DNA of 63,418 bases, counting the filler, from Reticulomyxa filosa (lineage: Eukaryota; Protista; Foraminifera): NCBI GenBank assembly GCA_000512085.1. It is 22 parts of 22 records of this genome, joined end to end, with 100 filler letters (N's around TTAATTAATTAA, not from the genome) between each part and the next. Parts side by side here need not be neighbours in the genome. Positions count along the whole stretch, not along the records: positions 52,167 to 57,781 come from ASPP01007511.1; positions 57,882 to 59,305 come from ASPP01027978.1; positions 59,406 to 61,868 come from ASPP01021077.1; positions 61,969 to 63,418 come from ASPP01033312.1; 18 more parts are not named here. The stretch is one strand, 5' to 3'. The notes under the pieces are model-generated. The model was not told the origin of the DNA. It was given only the letters and a program-made list of their open reading frames with translations, and ran no database searches. The translations under genes were made by a program, and so were the position numbers. Positions 52,167 to 63,418 of this stretch are shown piece after piece (position 1 is the first letter of the stretch; each line of letters begins with the position of its first letter).

Positions 52167-54542
52167 GAGGAAGAGGAAGAGGAAGAAGAAGAGCAAGAAG
52201 GAACAAATGGACCCAAAAAAAATGGGACCAAAAAAAAAAATCGACCGGCGACTACCGTATCTTCGAAACGTAAGAAAAACAGTGATAACGACGACGATAA
52301 CGAAGATGACGACGGGGGTCAAGCCAGCAAAAAAATTAAAAAAAAAGACAAGTCCAAAAAGCAACCAACTAAAAACAAGAGCAAAGATGAGGACGACGAC
52401 GATAACGATGAAGAAGAAGGGACAGAACGTGATCACGATGGCAATGAGAAAACTAAAACCAAAACGAAAAGGAAGAGCAAAAGTAAGAGCAAAAGTAAAA
52501 GCAAAGCGGCGGGTGGTAAGGAGGAAGATGAGGGAGAGGAGAAAACAAAGGACAAAGACAAAGATAAAGATAAGGAAAAAGATAAGGAAAAAGAAAAAGA
52601 AAAAGAGAAAGATAAGGATAAAGACAAAGACAAAGAGAAAGATAAGGATAAAGACAAAGACAAAGAGAAAGACAAAGACAAAGATAAGGAAAAGGCAAAA
52701 GAAGAGGATGACGAGGACGAGGACGACGAAGATGACGCTAAGCAAAAACAGGAATGGAAACTGTTGAGTCCAGAAGAAAAAATTGAACAAATGAATCGAT
52801 TCAACAAAGGCAAATTGGCTCAAACTTATGTTATCAAAGAAAAATTGGGCAAGTTTTGTTTTTTTTTTTATTTTTTTATTTTATTTTTATTTTTATTTTT
52901 TTTTTGAAAAAAAAAAATTATACATATATACGCCACACAATGTACGGTGACATATACGTTAAAACAATGGACCACTTTTTTTTATGTGTTGCTTTATTCT
53001 ACTCTACTCTGCTCTACTTTGCTTTGCGGCCCTATGACTCTGTCATCCAATTGATTGACGCAGGGGCAACTTTGCCGTTGTGAGGAGGGTTGTTCGTAGA
53101 AGTGACGAAAAATCTTTCGCTGCCAAAATTGTCTCGAAAAAACACTTGTCCGCTGAGGAAAAGCAAGAAATTCATGATGAAGTCTCTTTGCTCAGACAGG
53201 TGTTTATATACATATATATGTACATATATATTTATATGTATGTACTATGTATATATACGTGTTTACTACACACTTCATGCAATTGCTATTTGTTATGTTT
53301 GTGCTTCCCCTTTTTTTTTTTTTTTTTGTTGTGTGTGTCTAGTTGAACCATTCCAATATCGTCAAGGTCATCGAAATCTTGGACACTCCAAGGCATTTAT
53401 ATATTATTCTTGAATTATTGACAGGTGGAGAATTATTTGATCGAATCGTGGCTTTGGGCCATTTCAGCGAACAAGAAGCGGCTCACATTACCTCCCAACT
53501 TGCACAAGCACTCAAGTATTTGCACTCTCAATTCATTGCACACCGGGATTTAAAGGTTTTTTTGTTGTTTTTTTTTTAAACTACCTTTTCTCTGTTGTTA
53601 GTGTTATCAATCGTTTGATTGATGGATGGCTATCTTGATTTGCTTTGGTTTCATGGTTCGATAGCCGGAAAACGTCTTGTTTGAAACGAAAGACTCGAAC
53701 ACAGTCAAAATCACGGATTTTGGCTTGGCGAAATCGTATGGTGTCTTGAGCGAAGGCAAGAAACATTATCTGGAGACTACGTGTGGCACACCGAGCTATG
53801 TTGCCCCCGAAATATTGAAACAAAAACAATACCGAGAACCTGTCGATATGTGGAGTTTGGGCGTCATTACATACATAATGTTATGTGGGTCTCCGCCTTT
53901 TGGAAGTGCTCAAAATGTAAAGGCAATGTATCGCAAAATCAAGAAAGGTGAGTTTAGCTTTTCGTCCCCTGCCTGGTCCAACATATCTTTGCTAGCAAAA
54001 GATTGCATTCGATCACTTTTGGACGTGAACCCCAAATCTCGATTGCGCGCTGAAGAACTCTGTGAGCATCCCTGGATCAAATCTCATCATTTACAGTCAT
54101 CTTTAAACATTGTAAATCAAGGCTACTCGCGCAATTTACAAATGTATACATATAAAAAGCGGCTTCGAGTTAATATTACAATACAAAGTGTACATGCCAA
54201 GAGAGATGGTCCCAGAAAACACTTCCCAAAAATAACTTTTTCCTCTTATCTTAAAAAAAAAAAAAAAATTTATGTTTATTTGTTGATTCTCTTAAGAGAG
54301 GTGTGGAATTAATCATCACCTTGAACCGAATGATTCGAGCTGCTGGTTTGGAAGAAGTGGCCAAGAGACAAAGAGATCAGTTTCGCAAAAGGCTCAAACC
54401 TTATAAACAAAAGTTGAAATCTGAACAAAAAGCCTTGAAAAAAGCTTTGGCAAACAATGACTACGAAACTGCCAACTCCTTGAAACATGTCGAATATTAT
54501 CCTTATGATGACACCCCTCCTATTGATTATAGCCAAGTATAA
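52167..54542 (+). CDS. Ca2+/calmodulin-dependent protein kinase (CAMK1-like) with a K/D/E-rich low-complexity N-terminus; multi-exon, 5'-truncated
   Basis: Spliced LGKGNFAVV, AAKIV, HSNIVK, GGELFDRIV, HRDLK|PEN, ITDFGLAK, TTCGTPSYVAPE and DMWSLGV. Confidence 0.93.
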
Positions 54543-55509
54543 TCCTTGTATAAAATGATGTGACAAATTTTCGATTGTATTGATTTTACGTAGATTTGGT
54601 TACTGATGTTGCCGATAATATTTTCACTGTCCCACCAGGAGAGATTGATTTTGTACGACTTGTGAGTAATGGTAATTTTTCAGCAATCTGCCATAACGTT
54701 TGCGCAGTTTTCTTTGGTCCATTGAAATATTACGTATATGTTGCTGTAAATTTTTTTCCTCACAAAAAGGACACATGGCAAACTTTGAGAATCGAACATT
54801 CTCAAAAAATTTATTTCATAAAGCTTTGTGCCGTTTTTTCATCGTAAAAACAAAAAGTGCGATATGCATTGAGATACTCAAAAGAAATGTCTTGAAAACA
54901 AAAATAAAAATTTTGTAAATTATAAGTTTGTCATGTCACGCTCAGTGACAATTTTTCAATGCCATATATTCTTCACTAAAACAAGAGAACAACCACAAGA
55001 AATTTTTGTTCCTTATGAAAAAGATTTCTCGCTTAAAATGTTATTTTTCCCCGCTATTGGCATTGGATAAAGTTTTAAAAAGAGGAGACAAGCATTTTTG
55101 GGGCAGCAATATCGGCTTTTAGCTCCTAAGCTTCAGATTTCTCCTTTTCTTGCAGATTTCTTCAATTTTAAGTCTCATGCAATGTTCTTGACGCAATTTC
55201 TTCCCTTGGGTTGGCGATGAAGTAGTTTCAATAGTCTAAAAAATCACTTCTTTCCATTTGGAATCTTGACAGACACGGAAAGAATAAGCATATGGGAATG
55301 CACAAAATGTGGGCCATCCAAATATGATAGGAATCGATCGTCAAAAAAAGGAGGGTAAAAAACTGGACGCGTAAATACAGCAAAGAATTTGGTCTTTCAG
55401 AGCGTACCGAGCAATGGGCAGAGATCAAAGACACGCTGAAGAGAAAAAAAGTATCATTCACAAAACGTGCTTTTTTTTCTTTTTGCGCGTTGTGTTTCTC
55501 GGTTCCTTT

Positions 55510-57781
55510 TCACATTTTAGTTTTGAATGTGAAGTCAGGATTTGGGATCAAATGCCCATCAACAAAAGCATAAGTGATTAAGTGATCACGTAGCCACAAT
55601 CGTAAATCGCGTCTATGCTTTTTAACCCTGATCAGTTCTTGATACGAAAGCTGAAGAAAGGAAGAAAGAGGAGTGGAAATTTTTTATTGTCAGTCAATAT
55701 ATTTTAAAAGAAAGAGAATCAAATAAGAACAGGAAAACATAAGCATTCATTACCTTTGGTCGACGGACATGGCAAAGCTTGCAATACTGCTCTCGCGGTT
55801 CATTAGCCTCTGAGCACTCAAAACACTTCCATTTTTTGAAGACTGCATCTCGATATCTATCATTACTTAAAATATAACCATTTTCAATATTTTTGGCAAA
55901 TTCAATGGCATAAGAGTCATCATAATCTCCAGTCGGAGTGGTGAAAAGTAGTTTTTTTTCTTTCAATTGATTTAGCAGCAAAACATTATGAGACTTTTGC
56001 GCAGGATGAACAGTAAAGCCTTCTTTGGATCGTTGAACCGAGTCATACTCCAAATAAAAGGCAGGGACCAGGACAATGGCTCGACAGCGTTTCGCACGGA
56101 AGTGCTCAATTGCCTGCATTATCCCCTCCACTTTGAACTCCATGTGCTCACCACAGGCCATGGCAAGATTTGGACCATCAATGACGATCGTCATGTTGGG
56201 AGGCGGGCACTCAATCGAGTACGAATACAAAGAAAGAGTGGACGCATATTTGTTTTTGCGTTCAAACATTGTTTCGCCATCGCAAAGTACTTTGTGGAAC
56301 TTACTGTTATTCATATGCACCAATCCATTCTTTTTTTCCTTGTTGTCATCCAATTTTCATTTTTTTTTTTTTTTAGTTATAAAAAAAAAACAATAGTAAT
56401 TGATTTAAAAAAAAAAAAAAAAAAATGGACACAACATACCTCACACGATTATCAGTATAAGCTTTTGGCAACAATCCATTTTTACACTCAATCTTTGTGG
56501 AGAGACTTGCGATGGAAGCTGGCAAAGTGCTGCCAGGCAATTTGGGCATGGCAAAGGAAGTTTGTTGAAGTGGGTCTCTATCCAAGAGAATGGTAGCGCT
56601 CACAAGTATTTTATCGAGTAGCCATGGCAAGATAAGGCTACGTTGTCGTTGTTGTTGTGTGAAGTTGGCATTGTCACCGTGTTCGTGGTACCTATGTTTG
56701 TAAAACCAGGCATGCAATTTGGGCAGTCTTTCGAGGTAAGCGAACCCTTTGAGCTCATTGACAATGGCAGCAGCATCATCCTTATCAAATTGACTTGCAA
56801 ACGAATTGGCGTGCTTGTTATTGTTACTGTTATTGCTACTGGCGTTGCTGTTGCTACTATTATTGAGATTGCTGTAGTTGTCATCATCATCATTATCATT
56901 AATATCAACATCTCTTCGTTGGTTCGTGGATTCACCTGTGCCGTGAGCTTGTTCGTGATTGGGAAGAGAAGATAGAGCCGACACATCAAATGTGCTTGCA
57001 ATGCCGATGATGTAAGAATGAAAGACAACAATGTTGGCCATTTCGAGCAATTGATGACAAAAGAACTTGGCGCTTTCGGAAGGGTTGTCTCGAACGAGCA
57101 GAGGATACTTGGACAGCCAACAGCACCCCACGGCAACGCAACTCAAAAACGGCAGTCGCTCCAAGTTTTGACACATGTCTTGCAACAAATATGCGATCAC
57201 GTCGAGCATCAAGTCCAATGCTTTGCGTCCAATCGTCCCAATGTGTTTCAACACGCCAAATGGGTAGCTGCTGTTGTCTTGGGTGGTCAATGCATTGGTC
57301 GAGGGCAATGCCACTTTATCTTGGGCGTGACGACGAGTCTGCGATTGGACCGACTCTAATATCGCCGCCGTTTTCACAGTTGGTGTCACCGTCGGCTTTT
57401 TCGACGAGTCATCCCGTGCTTTTTGTTGTCTGAAGACATAACACGCATACACACACATTCCAATTTCAACAATGCTATTTCGATTGATTGGACATATGTT
57501 TAAAACACATACACATATATGTATACACTTATTAACTGCTCTTGAACAAAGGCATTGTGGCAATGGAACATGACAAACATTAGGAACGTTATCATTTGCA
57601 TGGCCAATCGCGGAGTGATTGCCCCATCCTCCATCAATAATTGGAAATCCATCATACACTGTGCTGTCAGAAATTCAAACTTCTCCATTCCGACACGTGA
57701 GTATAGCATTCCTTGCAATCGGCAGTATCGAATTAAGAAATTTTTCAGTCCTGATTTCGTGTTGTCTTCTTCTTCTTCTTC
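55510..57781 (-). CDS. SMG6-like protein: EST1-type helical domain plus Zc3h12a/Regnase-type NYN ribonuclease with an inserted RanBP2-type zinc finger; 5'-truncated
   Basis: LQGMLYSRVGMEKF..DFQLL (EST1/SMG6-like); IVIDGPNLA, YDDSYAI and ILSNDRYRD; WKCFECSEANEPREQYCKLC; last exon 55650-55510 LITYAFVDGHLIPNPDF. Confidence 0.8.
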
Positions 57782-58229
57782 NNNNNNNNNNNNNNNNNNN
57801 NNNNNNNNNNNNNNNNNNNNNNNNNTTAATTAATTAANNNNNNNNNNNNNNNNNNNNNNNNNNNNNNNNNNNNNNNNNNNNAACGATTTCCCATTTTTCT
57901 TATATTCCACTTGCTCGATTGGGCCGGTCGCTGCTGCCAGTTGCGACGCCATTTCTACTTGCGCGATATCGGCATTTTCCTTTTTCTCAATGACGTCCAA
58001 GTTTGAACGTTTGGTACTAACCTCCAATCTCTTTTGGATCGCAAATGCGCATTTCTTTTTTTTCCCATCTTCTACGTATCTATAATCGAATTGAGCTTTG
58101 AATTGAAAAGCACGTAAAGATTTTGGCGCAATTGAGAAATCATGTTAGCCTATGTCACGCAGAAAAACAAGGTAAGCAAAACAACACAAACGATACAAGT
58201 ATTGAGTTTTATCCAACAAAACTTTAGTT

Positions 58230-59150
58230 GATACATAATCGATTCCGGACAAAGTCTCGCGAAAATACTCCAAACGCCAAGTGTGCGAAATGTGATGCGA
58301 GGAGTCAAGAAGTGTCACAATCTTTCTGGTTCAATCTCTATATCTCACGATATCCAACTCCGCTCTCCGTTCTTCTATCGGCAAACCACGCGCGCGCACT
58401 CATACAATAGTTGTTGCGCTTCAATTGATATATCTATAAGCTTAGCGCCAGTTCCCACGTCGCTAGGTATCCATTGTCCGTCGGCACCAGCATATCGCAG
58501 TCAACGCAATCTTTCGTTCTGTATCTCACAATGTAGATATTGAGTGGCGGACTTATTTTATAACGAACTTGGTATTACTACTGGTGCTGTTGTTTTTTTT
58601 TTTATATATATAAATGTAAAATAAATGCAGATGCTTGTCCAATCAACTTCCAAAACTGTACAAACACTTGCAATGAGTCTTCCAAGGCTTGAGCGAAGAT
58701 AAAATCTTTGTGGCAATTCCAAGCTGTGTCCATACTTTTGCGCTGAGATTGCTTTGGTCGGTGGCGAGTTCATTTGCCCACTCCCCCCCTGTATTATTAT
58801 TTTTTTTTTCCGAATACTGGTTCTTTGTTTGCTATGCACAATCTTTGCCTTTGCCATAAGTCTTGTTGTTGTCGACTGGTATATTCACACATTCTTTCAG
58901 GCGATGTTTCTTTCTGGCGCCAAGTGTTTGACACGTTCATGCGATTCTGCCATTTCTTCAAGTTCAAGTATATAATGAATTGATTCCGCGACTGACGTAT
59001 ACTTCTTTTGCAACTGTCCACTTTTATTTGAAACCACTCTACGACTACCAGCAACGTCCAGCAGAGGCTCAAATGTTTGAAAATTGGTCTTGCGACCATC
59101 CATCCAACAAAAACTTTTCGTGGCTCTTTGACAGCCACCATTTAAATGTA
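58230..59150 (-). pseudogene. Degenerate coding relic, family not recognised
   Basis: GC-richer exon-like blocks separated by intron-like AT tracts; the frames read by eye are interrupted by stops. Confidence 0.35.
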
Positions 59151-59596
59151 ATAGGGGAAACCCCTTTTTCTTCTTTTTATATTATCTTTTTTTTTCCAAT
59201 TTATTTTTATCTTTTATTCTTTTTTTTTCTTTTGCAACTTTTTTTATTTTTTTCCCATTTCATTTTTTTTCTTCATTTTCATTTTTTCTCAAATAAAATT
59301 ATTCCNNNNNNNNNNNNNNNNNNNNNNNNNNNNNNNNNNNNNNNNNNNNTTAATTAATTAANNNNNNNNNNNNNNNNNNNNNNNNNNNNNNNNNNNNNNN
59401 NNNNNTTTGAAAAAACCATTTAATGCCAAAGAGTTGATTATAATTTGTATAAACTTCTGCTTTATTGTTTATTTCAAAAGGAAAAATAAAACGCCGAATT
59501 GATATTGTAGATTTACCAAGAGGGGGAAAAAAAAGTAGTGATCACATTGATGAAGCATAAGGACAAAGAAGAAAAAAAAAATTATATAAATATTGA

Positions 59597-60896
59597 TCAC
59601 AAATCATTATCAAGTTTGTCAAAGTCCCCTTTGAACGTTCTAAGTTTTGATTTTTGCAATCTATCTTCCAAAGTGTCGTTATGATTGAAATATAATTTGG
59701 ATTGCGTGTTTATCAGAAATGGGACACCGGCTTGTTTTTCATGGATCTGTTGTCTTTGCGATAACTCTTGCTTTTGTTTATCGTCTTCCTCTTTTTTGAT
59801 TACTTCAAATTTTGCAACATTTTTTTGTTGTTGCGAATAATATTCACTGGCTCTTTGTTGCATTTCCTCCACTTTCTTTGCATTTGCTGTAGCATCTTGT
59901 GGTGTCATTGTCTTTTGTCTTCCATCTCTAATTCTTCTTTTGTTTATATATTTATCTCTACTTTTACTTCGATTTTTCTCTCTACTCCTTGTTCTGCTGT
60001 CCCTCCTTGCACTTTTGCTTCTTCTTGCACTTTTGCTCCTTTTTCTATTACTTCGGCTCCGACTTCGACTTTGACTTTTTTTACTGTTTTTTTTTTTTAC
60101 TGTATCTACTTCGACTTCGACTTTTTCTACTCTTGCTCCTATTTTTGTTTTTATTGTCTTTGCTTCTTCTCCTCCTTGCACCAGACTCTTTTTCTGAGCG
60201 TTTATATTTTGAGTTGCTAGTGCCCCTTCTTGCACTTTTGCTGCGGCTCCTCTCTGCACTGTGTCGCTTTCCGCGATGTGTGTCACGTGTGCGAGTGGGT
60301 TTGTCGGATCGGTGTTCGGAAGGGGCTCCATCTCTTTGAACAGAGTTTGTGTCTCTTTCTTTTGTAAGAGATGGAGAGCGGCTTCTTTTTTTTTTGTGGT
60401 GACGCTTGGAAGTAGAGAGAGATGAAGATGCGAAGGAGGCGTGTGATCGAGATGATGATGAAGATCTTGTGCGGGGTTGTTGATCGCTTAATTGTTGTAA
60501 TAACAATTCCCGCAAACGCTTATTCCTTTTCTTCTTGTCTTTGCTACTTTTTTTTTTTTTTTCTTTGACTTGTTTCTTGATTTTCTCCATTTTATATTTA
60601 TTCAGCAGCAATGCATTACGCACTTCTATTTCTTGTTTTTTCAATTTGAACAATGGATCGTCCTTTATCAAACTCTCTTTTAATAACTCTTGTGCTGAAT
60701 GTGACAAGGTATTGCTCAATTTTGCTCCAGTTATTTCTTTTCGGTTCAGCTTTTTCAAGTGTTCCAAGTCACGGTTGTCCTTCAGCTGTTCTCCACACAA
60801 ATACTTTTCATATTCGGATGCAGAGGCATCTGGTTGAAGTCCTCGTCTTTCATCGCTTGTAGTATCTTTTTCAAATGCCCAATTTAAAAAAGACAT
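59597..60896 (-). CDS. CWC25-like splicing factor with RS-rich tail; frameshift at the A12 run 60087-60098
   Basis: LNWAF..EYEKYLCGE..IKDDPLFKLKKQEIEVRNALLLNKYKMEKIK parallels CWC25 LDWMY..EEYLLG..IREDPLF..NPVKMKKIK. Confidence 0.65.
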
Positions 60897-61158
60897 TCTT
60901 TTGAAGTCCAAATTGAACTTTTTTAGTTTTCCTTTTTGGCTATTCTTTCGACTTATTTTTTTGACAAGTATATCAATTGTAAGGAGTGTTTTAATTTCTT
61001 TTTGTAAAAAAAAGGATCTGGTAATCGTAGGACTAGCTTTGCGAATTAAAGAAAAATGCATTTGGTTAAATAATTTTAAAAGTAACAGTTATTAAATATT
61101 AAGACAACAAAAAAAAAACTCAACAAACCAGATAAACAATCTAAAGAAACAAAAACTT

Positions 61159-61826
61159 TCAAGATTTGAGGATTGGCCTTGGATTGCCAGAACACCCAGG
61201 AGATTTCAATAAGTGAATTTTCCAACAATCATCACCAGCAGGGAAATCAGTAAAGCAAAGAGGACATCGACAAAATTGATGAGGATTGAGGATCGGTCTG
61301 CACTTTCCTTCACGAACATGTTTGGTAATATTGTCCGCAAAAAAGGGCATAGCACACTGATTGCACTTCTTGCACTTGGATCGGAGGTCGCATTCTTGAA
61401 GCATATGCTCGGCTAACATAGCAATTTCGATAATTTGTTCGCACAAAGGACAGCTGGTCAAAATGGGACAAGCTTGCCAATAATGCATATCTAAGCTTTC
61501 TTCATTCATAGCAAACGACGTATCTTTGAACCCGCAAAAGTTGCACTCACTATGTTCGTAATTTCAAGTTACAATATGTCCAACCCCTCATGTTTCTTTT
61601 TTTTCCTTCATTTGATTCATGACACGTTTACAGTCATTGCCATTCCTCTTAGTCTCTTAGACCTTTGTTGGTAAATCCCAAACAAATGCACAAACAGACA
61701 CAACGCACATACATACTCTTTGGGTTCTAAATCGATGTTGTCATCCATGTCATGATCCACATCAATATCCACTTGGTGATCATTATACACCTTTTTGTTT
61801 GCCAACCCTTTTTTCGACGCAGGCAT
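61159..61826 (-). CDS. CEP104: Centrosomal protein CEP104, C-terminal zinc-finger array (last exons)
   Basis: CNFCG..EESLDMHYWQACPILTSCPLCEQIIEI..LAEHMLQEC..RCPLC..WKIHLL..GCSGNPR. Confidence 0.88.
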
Positions 61827-61828
61827 TG

Positions 61829-61868
<40 letters not shown>

Positions 61869-62082
61869 NNNNNNNNNNNNNNNNNNNNNNNNNNNNNNNN
61901 NNNNNNNNNNNNTTAATTAATTAANNNNNNNNNNNNNNNNNNNNNNNNNNNNNNNNNNNNNNNNNNNNTATGTATGTATGTATGTATACATATATAAAAT
62001 CCATACATGTACATATTGTATATTATAATACATGTACATATATATGTACATATGTGCATATGTAATTAGATATTAAAAAATA

Positions 62083-62915
62083 CCTCAAATATTTGTGGAG
62101 TGACATCCTCAGTGTTGACAACTCTCCATGTCAAATCATAAACAATTTTTAAGTGCCTCCACGCAGGGTCCTCGAAAACAGATTCTTTTTCAAGGAAGTC
62201 GCCGTGGAAGAAGCGCAGTGGCGGCGGACGAAGTTGGACTGGTAGCGTGCGGAACAGGTTCATACTTATTGTCTTCAGACACTCTTCGAACAGGTCTTCT
62301 TTAAACCAATAATGTCTCGATATGAATTCGGACAAATCTTCCAAATATAGCTCCTTCTTTTTGATCATCTGCAACTTCACCCGGGTCTGTATATAGCATA
62401 TATTGCGTATGTATATATATGTTCTGTAATGTTACTGTATATGTTTTTTTTTTTTTTTTTTTTTTAAAAATTGTCATCATCATCAACTTGCAAACAAAAA
62501 AAAAACAAAACTAAGTCGTTGAAATCGCAAACGGCACGACAAAGTCTTAGTTTTTCTTTGAATACGACATCTCGTTCGGATCGTGGGGTGTCGACGAGTA
62601 GAGGAAGGTTGGCTTCGTACAGACTTTTATGAAGTCCTTTTAGAATTGTAATTTTTTTTTTTGGAGTTTTTTCAAGAGATTGAGTTTCATGGAGTTGCGA
62701 CTGTGTGGCTTTTCGTTCTTCCTTTTCTTTATCGTCGTCATACAATGTCTGCCAGGATTGAAATGTGACATGCTCTTTCAGCTTTTTTTGGTTTTTTTCG
62801 AGTTCCAATGACGACCATGCTTCCGTCTTTTTTTTTGGAAAAAAGAATGACATCAAACTATAACTTCCATTTCTTTCGCTCGGTATTTGTTTTTTTTCGT
62901 TTTCTCCTTTATTAC

Positions 62916-62946
<31 letters not shown>

Positions 62947-63396
62947 GTTGCGTTGAATGGACATTGGATGAATCATTTGTCTCATTGCAGTTTCTAAGTC
63001 TTCAATGGTAACTTTCTGTTTTACTTGCACTTTATGACTAGTCCTTTTGTCCATTAACGAGTTGCGTTTTCTTTTGCTGTCTTCACTATATTCCCCTTCT
63101 TCTTTTCGTTTGTCCTTTTTTTTTTTATCCCTATTGTCATTGCCATTTGCAGCTGCATTTGCATTTGGAGTTGCAGTCGCAGTTCCATTCTCATGTTCAC
63201 TCTCTATTTCAGTCGCATTGTCGGTGTCATGACTATTATCATCACCATTGACATACAAGTCAACGCCATCCTCCGAGCTCACTTCACCATTTCTCGTCCA
63301 CTTCTTCGACCTCTTTTTGGGCACCTTCACTTCGCCTTCGTTTCCTTCGGTCCCTATCTCCGCTTTTTTCATTATTTTTTTTTTTTTTACAGTCAT
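62083..63396 (-). CDS. PP2A regulatory subunit B' (B56 family) with a long low-complexity N-terminus; 3'-truncated
   Basis: LPLLVDTPRSERDVVFKEKLRLCRAVCDF | intron | ..ISMNLFRTLP..DPAWRHLKIVYD. Confidence 0.9.
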
Positions 63397-63418
63397 ACGT
63401 CACAAGAATGAAAACAGC

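Noticed and set aside
52119-52823. Long hydrophobic antisense ORFs and the K/R-rich 186-aa ORF
   Set aside because: These are shadow frames of the (KD/KE)n N-terminus of the kinase; the true frame splices into the kinase domain.
5977-61968. Regularly recurring TTAATTAATTAA motif as a biological repeat, and gene neighbourhoods across it
   Set aside because: It is always flanked by 44 Ns on each side and is an assembly-joining linker. Apparent pairings such as RGS with G-alpha are on different contigs.

Overview
This window is not one locus. It is a concatenation of 22 short contigs joined by 21 identical artificial 100-nt linkers (N44-TTAATTAATTAA-N44). The DNA is mostly from an AT-rich, intron-containing eukaryote. 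The style of its expanded WD40, ankyrin and NACHT-type families and its pseudogenes suggests the foraminiferan Reticulomyxa filosa (inference). Recognisable genes, mostly partial: WDR6/Trm734, a DFR-like reductase, a DHHC palmitoyltransferase, a PX-domain protein, GPATCH3, importin alpha, a large coiled-coil/WD40 protein, an RGS protein, dynein light intermediate chain, RPC5, a divergent G-alpha, a CaMK, a CWC25-like protein, CEP104 and PP2A-B56. Decayed sequences include RPA2, CutC, ankyrin and WD40 pseudogenes, a Ty3/gypsy-like integrase and a LINE fragment. One contig is bacterial (TonB-dependent receptor). The most interesting items are (i) an SMG6/EST1-type helical domain fused to a Regnase-type NYN nuclease with a RanBP2 zinc finger inserted inside the nuclease domain, (ii) a non-canonical, D-armless tRNA-like element with an 8-bp acceptor stem and a Pol III-type terminator, (iii) a repeat pair differing by internal micro-inversions, and (iv) a CWC25 homologue apparently lacking its N-terminal CIR helix. 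All family calls come from motif recognition by eye; no searches were run, and exon boundaries are approximate unless stated.
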